This document shows, piece by piece, positions 53,433 through 63,742 of a stretch of DNA of 64,000 nt. This stretch comes from a candidate division WOR-3 bacterium (lineage in GTDB: Bacteria; Hydrothermota; Tepidihabitantia; Tepidihabitantales; Tepidihabitantaceae). The DNA is taken from the NCBI GenBank assembly GCA_037441285.1, contig JBBISL010000007.1:1-64000 (forward strand), given 5' to 3'. The number at the start of each line of letters is the position of its first letter. The stretch's first letter is position 1. The position numbers and the translations under genes are program-made. The notes beneath the pieces are model-generated. The model searched no databases and had not been told where the DNA came from. It saw nothing but the letters and a program-made list of their open reading frames with translations.

Positions 53433-56400
53433 TCAACGGGCAATAACCGTCTTTACGGTGAAGGTCTGATTTTCACCGCTGTTGTCGATTGCAAGGCGGA
53501 GGAAGTAAACTCCCGGGCTTAGCTGTTTGCCCTGTTCATCCTGTCCGTTCCAGGTGAGCTGGTGGATGCCAGCCGGAAGGTTGCCGCAGGTAATGGTACG
53601 CACATTTCTGCCGGTTATGTCAAACAGTTTGAGGCTAATCTGCGCCGGAGCGGGCAGGGCAAAGCGGATAAGCGCTTTGGTGCGGATTGGACAGGGCGCG
53701 ACCATCAGGAGGGGCCGGGAGGTCACAGGCTGGCCAGGGTTCTCGGCTAAACCGGTGGTAGGTTCACCGGTAATACATCGAATGGCACGGCCGGGATTGA
53801 TGCCGGCAGCACCGCGATGGTAGGAGTTGTTATAAAGGTACTGAATGGCGAATGAGGCGGTGTGATTCTGAATACCCACGGTACTGGATGCGGTGTAATT
53901 TGCGGTAAGGTACTGGAACTCAATCTGGTTTTCGCCGGTTGGGGTTGGTACGGTGGTGTCGTAAATGACAATCTGAAATTTATCCCACTGGTCACGGGGA
54001 TTAAAGTAGTGGACCGAGTCCCATTCAATGATAAATCGGTGATTAGCGGTGTCGTGATAGTACCAGACCCCATTACCGGTTTGTGGGTACAGGTCGTCCC
54101 AGTTGGCGGCAAGGAGTTGGGGCATTGAGGTGTTAGGTAGCGCCGTGTTCTGATAGGTCGTGAGCGTGGTATAACCTGGTGCTGCCCAACCATTGGAGCA
54201 AATTGAGACCTGGGTGTAGTTCTCGCCATAGAAGATAAATGGACCGAAAGTCGGCGGTAGAGTTATCTGCACGGTCTGGTCGTCACTTAAACTCAGCCTT
54301 GTTCCCAAATTTCTGATTTCAACCCAGTTGAACTCAGGATGCTGGGAGTAAAGGGTGTCAATGTTGTCGTAAGCCCAGTAGCGGGTAGGTTCAGCGTTGT
54401 CCGGAATCGGGTCTGATGCCCTAATTTCATTGACGACAATCTGCCAGGGTAAGGTAACGGTGTAGCCGCCCTGGGCTGATACGATAAGGGTACAGGAGAT
54501 GGCGATTTCGCGGGATAGTGAGGTATCAGCGTAAAGCAGGAACGGGTCCGCGCTGTTGGTGCCAAATGAGTCTTTGGGAATGAAGCCGAATTGAGCCAGG
54601 GAGTCAAGAATCTGTAAGCGGGGGTCGGCAGAGCGCACGATGCCGGTCACATCGTAGCCGTGTCCCAGACCGATGTTGCGGATGGTCAAAAACAGTTGCG
54701 CGGTTTCCCCGCGGTCCAATCTGCCGTTGCCATTGCCTACGGGTGGTGAGTCGTTAATCTCTCTGGTGGCGTAGATGATAACCGGCGTGCCGACGAACAG
54801 AGTAAAGTTGGAGCGCCAGACCGAATCGGCCTGGTCCCGGCATTCAAGGTTGAACCGTAATGGATAGCGATTGGTACAACCGGGTGCAACGGTGAAGTTA
54901 AACCCATCGGTGCCGGTAAAGGCGGAGTCTCCGGGTAAAATCGTGCCGAAATTTTTTACCGAGTCGGTGATATTAATTTGTGGGTCACTACTGCGCAGGG
55001 TGGCGCGGACGCTAACGGCGCTGACCGAGCCCCAGTTTTTAATCCAGACCGGTAGTTCAATCGTTTCACCGGGGTTGATGATTTTGTCGTTGTTTCCGCC
55101 CAGCGAGTCGTCAACCGTTGAGCGGAGGTAGGTGCAGTATGGGGTGCTGGGCGCAATGGTTAATGCAGCACCAAGATAGGGAAGGAGGTTGCGACCCGTG
55201 ACCGTGACATAAAGGGAGTCGCCCGCGGTTGTGCTGTTGATATTAAAAGTCACCTCGCCGGCGGCATCGGTATGGCCAACATAGTACAGGGAGGTGTCCT
55301 GTAAGGACATAACACAGACCTGGGCATTGGGTACCGGGTTGCCACCACTGCTTACCTGGACCGGAAAGTTGAAAGAGCCGATGTGAACCGTTGCGGGATG
55401 TTCGACAAGTAAGGTTTGTGGGGTTTTCGACCAGACATTCAACTCCGGTTCGCCAAAGTTGTTGAACATATAAATCTCTTCTTCTGATGTTTGATCGGGC
55501 AGGGGGTAGGCAAGGAGCATAAAAAGTTTGCCCCACTGAGTGCACTGGGCGAAGGTGTAGGCAAGACTGTCAACATAGGAGATAAAGGTGCCGGCAGCAA
55601 GGGAGTCGTTGTAGCCGGAATAACTTACCTCCGAAGCGCCGAAGTAGCCAACACCGCCCCGGGTTTCACCGGCTTTGAGCCAGGCTTCAGCATGGCAGTC
55701 CGCGGCTTCATCAAAGTTGCCGGAGAGGCAGGTGGGTGCGATGACCATCGGCGTCATCCCGCCGTTGTTTAGGGCGTAAACATTGCTGTTGTTCCAGGAG
55801 GGGCTGACATTCGCCCAGGCGTCGTTATCGCCATGGCCCCGGTAGAGCATCCAGGCACGGCCCGAGTTCAAGGAGTCGGTCAAACGCTGGGCGGTGTTTA
55901 AGCCCCAGCGTTGAAACAGCGTGTCAAACTGGACAAAAGGTCGGTTCATTACATAGTCGCGGATTCTGATGACAACGGTCCAGAAACGACTCGGGCTGCC
56001 GCTTTCGTAAGCGGCTAAGGCACAAACCTTGTTAAACCAGTCGGTGTTGCTCAGGTCCGGTTCCATCTCGTATCTGTACAGTTTATTCAGAACCGCCTGG
56101 GCTTCAGCGCGGGTACGGACGCAAACCCGGGCGATATGAAGGTCGGCAAGGATGTCGTTGCCCTCGTGGAGGGAGTAGTAAAGGTCTGAGGCGTCGGTGT
56201 TTCCGGGCCAGTGGCTGCAGCGGAGAAAGTCCGGGGCATCACCGACAAGCAGTACATATTCGGGCGGATAGGGCCAGTTCAGATAGGCGTTGTGGATGTA
56301 GTTGTAAATGAGCGCGGTATCGTTGCCCCCGATTTCGGAAAGGGTGACGACTTTTGTGCGCCAGCCTTTGCGCTGTTTCCAGCGGGCAAACGGCGCAACC

Positions 56401-57149
56401 GCCGAGGCAAAACTGTCGTGGGTGATGATGAGGTAACTACCGTCTTCGGCGCGATTGGGGTGCAGAAATCGGTAATTGGCGATGAAAGAACGGTACAGCG
56501 GTTCGAATGCATGGGAAATAGTGACAGTGCGCCGGGTTTTGATATTGACATTTGATGGGTTGTCGTAGTGCAGTTCAATGCGGATTTTGCGCGCCACCAA
56601 GAGTTCTTTTGCTACCGGGTTGAACTGGAGCGGCTGAAGGACAAGTTGCACGAGCCGAAAGTCACGCATAATCATTGGTTGACTGACTTCGGCAAATGCC
56701 ACCGGGTAAAACTCATCGGTTTGATAACGCTTTTCATCGATGGTGAAAGGCGGTTCGGATTGATTTTCGGGCAGGGGTGGTTGTGCGGGGAACAGGTTAT
56801 AACCGCGGCGCCGGACCGTGTCCAGTTGTACAATTTCCACCCTGACATCCCGGTCATCAGGTATGGCGATAAAGTGGGCAACAACCGGAATCTGGGGGGC
56901 GCCAACTTCGGCTCGGGTTCCGCCGGCGGCAATGCCGAGATTGACAATTTGAAATGAGGTGCCCTGGACCGTTGTATCGGTGAGATAGCAACCGTCAAGG
57001 TTCAATTCAACAACCGTCTTTTGCGGTGAAGAACTTAACACCGCAAATTGGGGCGATTTTTCTCCCTGATTACCAGTAAAAGAAAGCCACCGCGCCTGAA
57101 GAGTGGTGGCAAGGATGGCGAGAAGCAAAAAATAACGGTTTCTTTTCAT
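53433..57149 (-). CDS. Gingipain-like C25 cysteine peptidase with propeptide, Ig-like repeats and C-terminal FlgD/T9SS-type domain
   Basis: SD GGAGG before ATG 57149, signal peptide; YLIIT, YVLLVGD, SDLYY, YRGHG (His), PTCLSG (Cys); tail LFDITGRNVRTI...WNGQDEQG..LSPGVYFLRL. Confidence 0.88.
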   Translation of the reverse strand: MKRNRYFLLLAILATTLQARWLSFTGNQGEKSPQFAVLSSSPQKTVVELNLDGCYLTDTTVQGTSFQIVNLGIAAGGTRAEVGAPQIPVVAHFIAIPDDRDVRVEIVQLDTVRRRGYNLFPAQPPLPENQSEPPFTIDEKRYQTDEFYPVAFAEVSQPMIMRDFRLVQLVLQPLQFNPVAKELLVARKIRIELHYDNPSNVNIKTRRTVTISHAFEPLYRSFIANYRFLHPNRAEDGSYLIITHDSFASAVAPFARWKQRKGWRTKVVTLSEIGGNDTALIYNYIHNAYLNWPYPPEYVLLVGDAPDFLRCSHWPGNTDASDLYYSLHEGNDILADLHIARVCVRTRAEAQAVLNKLYRYEMEPDLSNTDWFNKVCALAAYESGSPSRFWTVVIRIRDYVMNRPFVQFDTLFQRWGLNTAQRLTDSLNSGRAWMLYRGHGDNDAWANVSPSWNNSNVYALNNGGMTPMVIAPTCLSGNFDEAADCHAEAWLKAGETRGGVGYFGASEVSYSGYNDSLAAGTFISYVDSLAYTFAQCTQWGKLFMLLAYPLPDQTSEEEIYMFNNFGEPELNVWSKTPQTLLVEHPATVHIGSFNFPVQVSSGGNPVPNAQVCVMSLQDTSLYYVGHTDAAGEVTFNINSTTAGDSLYVTVTGRNLLPYLGAALTIAPSTPYCTYLRSTVDDSLGGNNDKIINPGETIELPVWIKNWGSVSAVSVRATLRSSDPQINITDSVKNFGTILPGDSAFTGTDGFNFTVAPGCTNRYPLRFNLECRDQADSVWRSNFTLFVGTPVIIYATREINDSPPVGNGNGRLDRGETAQLFLTIRNIGLGHGYDVTGIVRSADPRLQILDSLAQFGFIPKDSFGTNSADPFLLYADTSLSREIAISCTLIVSAQGGYTVTLPWQIVVNEIRASDPIPDNAEPTRYWAYDNIDTLYSQHPEFNWVEIRNLGTRLSLSDDQTVQITLPPTFGPFIFYGENYTQVSICSNGWAAPGYTTLTTYQNTALPNTSMPQLLAANWDDLYPQTGNGVWYYHDTANHRFIIEWDSVHYFNPRDQWDKFQIVIYDTTVPTPTGENQIEFQYLTANYTASSTVGIQNHTASFAIQYLYNNSYHRGAAGINPGRAIRCITGEPTTGLAENPGQPVTSRPLLMVAPCPIRTKALIRFALPAPAQISLKLFDITGRNVRTITCGNLPAGIHQLTWNGQDEQGKQLSPGVYFLRLAIDNSGENQTFTVKTVIAR

Positions 57150-57253
57150 TTTACCTCCGGGTTTTGACATTATGATATGTTAGCCCGAGGAGCGGTTAAG
57201 TCAAATCGGATTTTCTTGACTCAAGATTGCCGTAAGGTAATTTTTATCTAAGG

Positions 57254-57442
57254 GACAGCGACAGACCGGAAGCGTAAGTCGCAAGCCGGTTGTCTTCGGA
57301 AAGAGCCAAAGACACAGGGAACGCCGTGCAAATCGGCGACGGTCGCGCCCACTGTGAGCGGCGAAGAAGTGTCCATCAACGCCACTGGTAATGCCGGGAA
57401 GGCGATGGACGGTGCCGCAAGTCAGGAGACCTGGTCGCTGTC
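57254..57442 (+). ncRNA. Cobalamin (B12) riboswitch
   Basis: P1 GACAGCGAC/GTCGCTGTC, AGGGAA-CGCCG-TGCAAAT-CGGCG, CACTGTGA, GCCACTGG...CCGGGAAGGC, B12 box AAGTCAGGAGACCTG; upstream of a BtuB-like gene. Confidence 0.92.
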
Positions 57443-57480
57443 AAGGTCGGTAAACTCTTTGCACGGAAAGGAGTGCCACA

Positions 57481-59589
57481 ATGGTTCTTTTGTTCTTAAT
57501 TTCACTTCTTGCCCCAGCCGGGGTTTTCCAAGGTCAGGTTTTTGACGCCACAACAGGAGCACCGGTGCCCTTTGCCGAGATTGAGGTTGCGCCCGCCGGG
57601 TTAAAGGTAACGGCAGATTCCCTGGGGAATTTTCAGATTAACGTCGGTGATTTAGAAAAGAGGGTGACCGTTTCAATATCAAGGCTCGGGTACGAAACGC
57701 GGGTGTGGAAGGATGTTGCTGTTGATAAAGCGGCGGTGTTTTACCTTTTGCCCCGGGCGATTCCGGTTTCCGGGGTAACAAGTACCGCAACCCGGCTCGG
57801 TGCGATGGTCGCGGTTGCCCAGCCGGTATCAGTGATAAAATGTGAGCCGAGCCGGACCCGGGGGTTTAACGATGTCGGAGGGGTTATTGGAGCTGATGGG
57901 GGTGGGCAGATAAACGACTACGGCAATCTGACCACGGTGATGTTGCGCGGGGCGAGTGCGGAGCAGACGGTGGTGATGCTTGATGGTGTGCGGTTAAACT
58001 CAAGCCTTAACAACATTGCCGACCTGAGTTTGATTCCTCTCGTGTTTGCCGGTGAGGTGGAGGTGATGCGGGGCGGTGCCTCGGCGTTGTATGGCGCGAA
58101 TCCGATAGGTGGTGTCGTGAACATCAAGAGCCCGGAGCCGAAAAGGGGTGGTGTAAGAGTTGGTTTAGGGCTTGGTTCACTGGGCAGGCGCAATGGTAGC
58201 GTGGTGATTTCTGTGCCGGGAACGGTGAATTTCCTTTTTGCCGGCGGTGGGTTGCAGTCAAAAAATCGGTGGAGTTATCGTGATGCGCTTGATTCGGTCC
58301 GGACCCGTTTGAACTGTGACATCAGCCGGGGTGATTTGCTGGTCAAAGCGCAAACAAAATTCGGGAGTCGGCACTATCTTTCGTGTTCAGGAATGGTTGG
58401 GGCTGCTGACCGCGGTTCGCCGGGTCCAATTTCCTATCCTTCGGACAGTGCGCGGCTACGGGATTTAAGGTTGATGACGATTCTTGGTTACGACCTGCAG
58501 GAGGCGGACAACGCCCGGCTCAGCTGCCGTTTCTCTCATCAGCGCACCTGGGAGAACTACTTTAACCCTTCAATTTATTTTACCGCGAATGACACCCACC
58601 AGATCCATCAGACCGGGGTTAATGTCAATCAGTGGTTTAGCCCGGTGCGGTGGTTCACCGGTAATCTCGGCATGGAGATGTTTCTTGAGCAGGCAAAGAG
58701 CACAAAGGTGGGCAGACCGAACCGGACAACAACCGCCCTGTACTTTGAAGCCGGAATTGCCGGTGGTGGTCTGGAAGTGAAACCGGCGGTACGCTACGAC
58801 CTCTTGATTAGCAAAGGTGAGTTAAACCGGGGCGAGTTTATCAACCGGAGTTATGGGGCGGTTAGCCCGAAACTGGCGCTAATTGTAAGCCGGTTTTACC
58901 CGATAAGTTTTTATGTGGGGGCAAACCGCTCTTTTCGGTCACCAACATTTAACGAGTTGTGGTGGCCCGATGATGGCTGGACCGCAGGTAATCCCAGATT
59001 GGCACCCGAATTTGGTATCGGAGTTGATGGCGGCGTGGGTTATGAGATAGCGGGTAAAGGCAGGTTGCGATTGGGAGTTTATGGAACACAGTTTACCAAT
59101 CTGATTCAATGGCTACCAGACAGCGGTTTCAAATATCAACCGGTAAATGTGGCATCAGCGACGGTTAGAGGTGCGGAGTTGGAAGCCGATTTTGGGTTCA
59201 AATGGTTTGGGTTCAATCTCAACGCCACTTTACAGCGGTGTCAAACCGATGGTAAGGTGTTGCCCTACAAGCCCTTACTTTCCGGAAAAGGTGGGGTATG
59301 GCTGGCTTATCTAATGAACAACGAACAACCGGTTGTTAAGTTGCTCTTAAGCGGAAGGGCGGTGTCAAAACGATACACCGACAAGGAGAACACCGACACA
59401 CTCCCCGGTTATGCAGTTTTCGATGCCGAGATTGTTTTCGACCCGGCGCGCATGATACTCAGCAATAGCAACCTGCACTGCCAGCTGGCATTGGGCTGCA
59501 GGAATGTCTTTAACCAGGAGTATCAGGAGTTAAAAGATTATCCACTACCAGGCAGGAATATCTATTTAGAAATAGATATGGGTTTATAG
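57481..59589 (+). CDS. btuB: TonB-dependent cobalamin receptor (BtuB-like)
   Basis: LRGASAEQTVVMLDGVRLN, VEVMRGGASALYGANPIGGVVNI, FRSPTFNELWW, GNPRLAPE, N.FNQEYQ..YPLPGR; riboswitch upstream. Confidence 0.85.
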   Translation: MVLLFLISLLAPAGVFQGQVFDATTGAPVPFAEIEVAPAGLKVTADSLGNFQINVGDLEKRVTVSISRLGYETRVWKDVAVDKAAVFYLLPRAIPVSGVTSTATRLGAMVAVAQPVSVIKCEPSRTRGFNDVGGVIGADGGGQINDYGNLTTVMLRGASAEQTVVMLDGVRLNSSLNNIADLSLIPLVFAGEVEVMRGGASALYGANPIGGVVNIKSPEPKRGGVRVGLGLGSLGRRNGSVVISVPGTVNFLFAGGGLQSKNRWSYRDALDSVRTRLNCDISRGDLLVKAQTKFGSRHYLSCSGMVGAADRGSPGPISYPSDSARLRDLRLMTILGYDLQEADNARLSCRFSHQRTWENYFNPSIYFTANDTHQIHQTGVNVNQWFSPVRWFTGNLGMEMFLEQAKSTKVGRPNRTTTALYFEAGIAGGGLEVKPAVRYDLLISKGELNRGEFINRSYGAVSPKLALIVSRFYPISFYVGANRSFRSPTFNELWWPDDGWTAGNPRLAPEFGIGVDGGVGYEIAGKGRLRLGVYGTQFTNLIQWLPDSGFKYQPVNVASATVRGAELEADFGFKWFGFNLNATLQRCQTDGKVLPYKPLLSGKGGVWLAYLMNNEQPVVKLLLSGRAVSKRYTDKENTDTLPGYAVFDAEIVFDPARMILSNSNLHCQLALGCRNVFNQEYQELKDYPLPGRNIYLEIDMGL

Positions 59590-60863
59590 GTAGCGCTGGT
59601 TGAATCTTGCTGGTTGAGTGTGTGGACTCTTTTAATAAGAGACAGGTAGTAATCTTTAGTCTCGTTAAATTGCTGGAGGTACTTTTGGGCGACCGGCTCT
59701 GCCCGGGGTGGAATAACCTTTAACGGGTTGACCGGTTTGCCACCTTTGCGAATTTCAAAGTGGAGATGAGGACCGGTGGCAATCCCGGTGGCGCCGACAT
59801 AGCCAACAGTTGCGCCCTGGTGGACAAATCTGCCCTCTTTTATTCCGGGACCATACTTAGACAGGTGGCCATAGCGGGAGACAAGGCCACCGGAATGTTT
59901 GATTTCCACCAGATTGCCGTAACCACCAGTCCAGCGTGCCATTGTCACGGTGCCGTCGGCGATGGCGCTGACCGGTGTACCGCGTGGAGCCACATAGTCA
60001 ACACCCTGATGCGGGCGGTAAATCCGTAAAATGGGATGGAACCGCATGCCGAAATAGGAGGACACTTTGGCAAAAGAGAGCGGCGAACGGAGCACGGTCT
60101 TGCGCAGTGATTGGCCCTTTTCGTTGTAGTAGTCCCAGCGGCCTGAGGGGTCCTTAAAGTAGAAACCGTAAACATTTTCGGTTTTGCTTTTGTAGTGGAC
60201 CGCATAGATTCGGCCATAGGTGTAGGTTTTGCCCTCAACATTCAACTGGTCAACGAGCAGTTCAAAGGTGTCACCGTTGTTGCATTCGGTGAAAAAGTCG
60301 ATGTCGTAGCGCAGGATTTCGGCGAAGTTGACGACCAGTTCGGGGGTGCCACCCATTTTGAGTAACGAGTTCCAGAGGGTGTTGTCAATCGTACCAACGA
60401 TGACGCATTTAACCGTGTCAACCGGTTTTATTATTTTTTGCGCGGTTGCGCCGCCGGCGGAGTCCAGGGAAACTTCATAGGTGGTGATTAAGTTCGGGTG
60501 GTAGTCGACACGGGCGAGGTTCAAGCCTTGATAGTAGAAGGAGACCGAGTCGCCCGGTTTCATCTTGCGGAAGTCGAAGTCGGTGCGGCGGAGGGCGGCG
60601 TAGATGGTGTTAATCGTCGTTTCGCTCAGGCAAAAGCGGCGCAGGAGCTGGGCAAGAACTTCGTTTTTGTCAAGGGTGACACCGGTTTGGTAGATGGAGT
60701 CCGGGTTGGGAAGTTCGGGACCGCATACCGGTGCGGTCGGGCGTTTGACTCGGAAGAGGAAAAGGGCGATGAGCGCGGCGCTGATAAGCGGGACAAGGAG
60801 TAGCCAGCGGGAAAGCGGTTTTGCGGTTTTCGCGGGAGGCGGGGTTAGGGGTGAGGGAATCAT
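59562..60863 (-). CDS. M23 peptidoglycan DD-endopeptidase (MepM/Csd3-like)
   Basis: SSYFGMRFHPI, HQGVDY, GYGN, YGHL, TGPHLHFE. Confidence 0.92.
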   Translation of the reverse strand: MIPSPLTPPPAKTAKPLSRWLLLVPLISAALIALFLFRVKRPTAPVCGPELPNPDSIYQTGVTLDKNEVLAQLLRRFCLSETTINTIYAALRRTDFDFRKMKPGDSVSFYYQGLNLARVDYHPNLITTYEVSLDSAGGATAQKIIKPVDTVKCVIVGTIDNTLWNSLLKMGGTPELVVNFAEILRYDIDFFTECNNGDTFELLVDQLNVEGKTYTYGRIYAVHYKSKTENVYGFYFKDPSGRWDYYNEKGQSLRKTVLRSPLSFAKVSSYFGMRFHPILRIYRPHQGVDYVAPRGTPVSAIADGTVTMARWTGGYGNLVEIKHSGGLVSRYGHLSKYGPGIKEGRFVHQGATVGYVGATGIATGPHLHFEIRKGGKPVNPLKVIPPRAEPVAQKYLQQFNETKDYYLSLIKRVHTLNQQDSTSATYKPISISK

Positions 60864-62884
60864 AAAATGGTCCTGCCTAATTGGTAGATGCCGGTGGCGG
60901 TGAGCCAGGAGATGAGAAGGGTGTAGAGTGCGGCAAAAGCCGCCCAGCGTCCGCCCAGTTCGCGCCGGATTGCCGCAAAGGTGGCAACACAGGGAAAGTA
61001 CAGAAGGGAAAAAACCATAAAGGCGTAGGCGGAAAGCGGGGTGAAGTAGGACTGGAGTGCGCCGGTTAACCCTTGCGGGCTACTGGTGTGGATGGTGGCG
61101 AGGGTGCTGATGACAATCTCTTTTGCCACAACACCGGCAAGGAGTGCCACCGCTGCCCACCAGTAGCCGAACCCAGCGGGTTTCAACAGCGGTGCAATCA
61201 GATTGCCAATTTTTCCTAACAGGCTCTGGGCTGAGGCGTTTGGCACTCCCCAGGGTAATCTGCCCAGGAGCCAGACGACAACCACTGCCGGTGCAATCAC
61301 CACGCCGGCGCGCCGGATGAACAGCAAGGTGCGGACCCAGGCGGGACGGAGAACGGTGCGCCAGGCAGGCGTGTGATAGGGTGGTAGTTCCATAATCAAT
61401 GGGGCATCTTCGCGACGGAAGAAGAGATGCCGCAAAAGCCGGGTGGTGGCAACGGCGATGAGTACCCCCAAGAGATAAAGGGAAAATACGACAAGGAATC
61501 GTGCCCGGTTAAAGAAAACGCTGGCAAACAGGATGTAGATGGGCAATCGCGCCGAGCAGGAGATTAGCGGGATTGCCAAAATGGTGAGGATGCGGTCTTT
61601 ACGCGCTTCAAGCGTCCGGACGGCAAGCACCGCCGGTACATTGCAGCCAAAGCCCAAGAGCAGGGGGATGAACGATTTGCCGTGCAATCCCATCTTGTGC
61701 ATAAATTTGTCCATAAGAAACGCCGCCCGCGCCATATAACCGGAGTCTTCAAGCAGGGCGAGGATAATGTAAAGGATGATTATGTTCGGAATAAATTTCA
61801 GAACCGTACCGATGCTGGTGATGAGCCCATCGGCAATCAGCGAAGTAAGCCATTCCGGGGCGAAGAGGTTGGTGAGGACAATGGTCGCGCCGCGGGCAAA
61901 CAGGTTAAATAATTTGTCAAGGAGCTGGCTCAAAGGTGTCCCGAGGGCAAAGACAACAAAGAAGGTTAACGCCATCATCAAAAAGAAGAGCGGGATACCC
62001 AGAACGCGGTTGAGCACGATTGAGTCGATGACTTCGGACAGGTCAAGCGAGCGCTGGATTTTTGGGGTCTGGCGCACACACTCTTTCAGTACCCCGCGGA
62101 TGAAGCCGTAGCGTCGTTCAATGATGGCGCTCTGGGCGTCGTGCCGGTGGCGCTTCGTTAATTCGGCGCGGAAGGCGGACGCCACTCGGGTTGCTTGACT
62201 CAGGGCGGCATCAGTCATCGGTAATGTTTCGGTTCCCGTTTCTCCGGTTTCCAGCAGTTTCAGCGCCTGCCAGCGGCGCTCGTTTTCCGGAACGGTCGCG
62301 GGTAAGGCACTCATTATCCGGGCGACATCTTGCTCAATCTCTTCGCCGTAATCAATCCGCAAGGGTCTGACAGATTTTTCTTCCCGGCCCAGGTTGTGAA
62401 TCGCCTGCCTTAACTGTTCAATTCCTTCAAGCCGGGAGGCGACGAGCGGTACAATCTTAACTCCCAGCAGCCGGCTCAGCCGTTCGGTATCAATCTCAAT
62501 CCCTTTTGCCCGGGCAAGGTCCATCATATTCAGGGCGACAATTACCGAAGCGCCCATCTCAAGCAGCTGGACGACAAGATAGAGGTTGCGCTCCAAACTG
62601 GAGGCATCAACGACGGCAACAACACCATCGGGTTTTTCGGTGATGAGGAAGTTACGGGCGATGCGCTCGTCAAGCGTCCAGGCGTCAAGGGCATAGGTGC
62701 CCGGTAGGTCAACAACGGTGACCTCATGGCCCTGGTAAAACGAACGCCCTTCATGTTTTTCCACCGTAACGCCGGGCCAGTTACCAACCGCCACGGCACC
62801 GCCCGTGAGGGCGTTGAAAATGGTACTTTTGCCGGAGTTGGGGTTGCCGGCGATGGCGATTTTAATCGGTCGTTTGGGCTTCAT
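60860..62884 (-). CDS. feoB: Ferrous iron transporter B
   Basis: GNPNSGKS, VGNWPGVTVE, DLPGTY, NMMD, LEDSGYMAR, GFGCNVP, SCSARLP, LYFPCVAT. Confidence 0.97.
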   Translation of the reverse strand: MKPKRPIKIAIAGNPNSGKSTIFNALTGGAVAVGNWPGVTVEKHEGRSFYQGHEVTVVDLPGTYALDAWTLDERIARNFLITEKPDGVVAVVDASSLERNLYLVVQLLEMGASVIVALNMMDLARAKGIEIDTERLSRLLGVKIVPLVASRLEGIEQLRQAIHNLGREEKSVRPLRIDYGEEIEQDVARIMSALPATVPENERRWQALKLLETGETGTETLPMTDAALSQATRVASAFRAELTKRHRHDAQSAIIERRYGFIRGVLKECVRQTPKIQRSLDLSEVIDSIVLNRVLGIPLFFLMMALTFFVVFALGTPLSQLLDKLFNLFARGATIVLTNLFAPEWLTSLIADGLITSIGTVLKFIPNIIILYIILALLEDSGYMARAAFLMDKFMHKMGLHGKSFIPLLLGFGCNVPAVLAVRTLEARKDRILTILAIPLISCSARLPIYILFASVFFNRARFLVVFSLYLLGVLIAVATTRLLRHLFFRREDAPLIMELPPYHTPAWRTVLRPAWVRTLLFIRRAGVVIAPAVVVVWLLGRLPWGVPNASAQSLLGKIGNLIAPLLKPAGFGYWWAAVALLAGVVAKEIVISTLATIHTSSPQGLTGALQSYFTPLSAYAFMVFSLLYFPCVATFAAIRRELGGRWAAFAALYTLLISWLTATGIYQLGRTIL

Positions 62885-63335
62885 CTCTTTCGGCGATTAC
62901 CGTTATGCGAGCCGCCATACCCCGGCCAATTTGCCGCAACTGGCCATGAATTTCAACCAAGACGGGACCGGTTTGCCCCTTATCTTTAAGGACCACAACC
63001 GCGTCGGGGACAAATCCCTGACCGGCAAGTTTTTCAACCAGCCCGCGACCACCGGAAATCCCGATAACCTTGAATCGACCCGGTGGTGCTTCACTTAACC
63101 GATAGGTTTTAATCGGTTCAACGATGACCAGTTCTGCTTCTTCCTGACGCAGGGAGATGCAGTAGCCCAGTAGTTCGTAGGCACGAGGGTCGCCCATTGG
63201 TGCACAGCGCGAAACCCGGACCCGGACTCTGGGAACAAAACCCATCGTTTCCAGCCGGCGCCTAAGTGCCGGTTTTCCTTCAACTGTTTGGATAACACCC
63301 CAGTCGCCCACGGCAAGTTCGCTCAGTCTTTTCAT
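62862..63335 (-). CDS. feoA: FeoA, two tandem SH3-like domains
   Basis: RRLETMGF.P...APMGDP...ISLR..EA; second KLAGQGF.P...GPVLV...IGRGMA.RI. Confidence 0.9.
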   Translation of the reverse strand: MKRLSELAVGDWGVIQTVEGKPALRRRLETMGFVPRVRVRVSRCAPMGDPRAYELLGYCISLRQEEAELVIVEPIKTYRLSEAPPGRFKVIGISGGRGLVEKLAGQGFVPDAVVVLKDKGQTGPVLVEIHGQLRQIGRGMAARITVIAERDEAQTTD

Positions 63336-63742
63336 CGGACTCCGAGTCGGCGGATAAACCCCATCAGACGCTGGGTGGTTTGCGGCGAGAGGGCGTGCTC
63401 TAAACGGCAGGCGTCCTGCGACGCAATTTCAGCACTGACACCGAGAACCTGATGCAGGAACTGTTCAAGAAGGAGATGGCGGCGATAAACTGCCGTGGCG
63501 TAGTGCCGGCCGGTATCAGTGAGTTCAACGCCACCGTAGTGCTCGTGTCGCACCAGCCCTCGGGTTTCCAGCTGGGTAAGGGCATTGACCACCGAAGGCC
63601 GGCTCACCCCTAAACAACGGGCGATATCCTTTACCCGAACCGGACTTTTTTGGGCGCCAAGCAAAAGGATGGCTTCGAGGTAATCCTCTCCGCTTTCACT
63701 TAGTGAGGAATGAAAGCGACCGGAGTTATTCTTAACTAACAT
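63332..63742 (-). CDS. DtxR/MntR-family metal-dependent repressor
   Basis: EDYLEAI, VRVKDIA..LGVSRPSV, RRHLLLEQFL, DACRLEHALS. The ATG at 63754 is too close to the -10, so 63742 is preferred. Confidence 0.92.
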   Translation of the reverse strand: MLVKNNSGRFHSSLSESGEDYLEAILLLGAQKSPVRVKDIARCLGVSRPSVVNALTQLETRGLVRHEHYGGVELTDTGRHYATAVYRRHLLLEQFLHQVLGVSAEIASQDACRLEHALSPQTTQRLMGFIRRLGVR

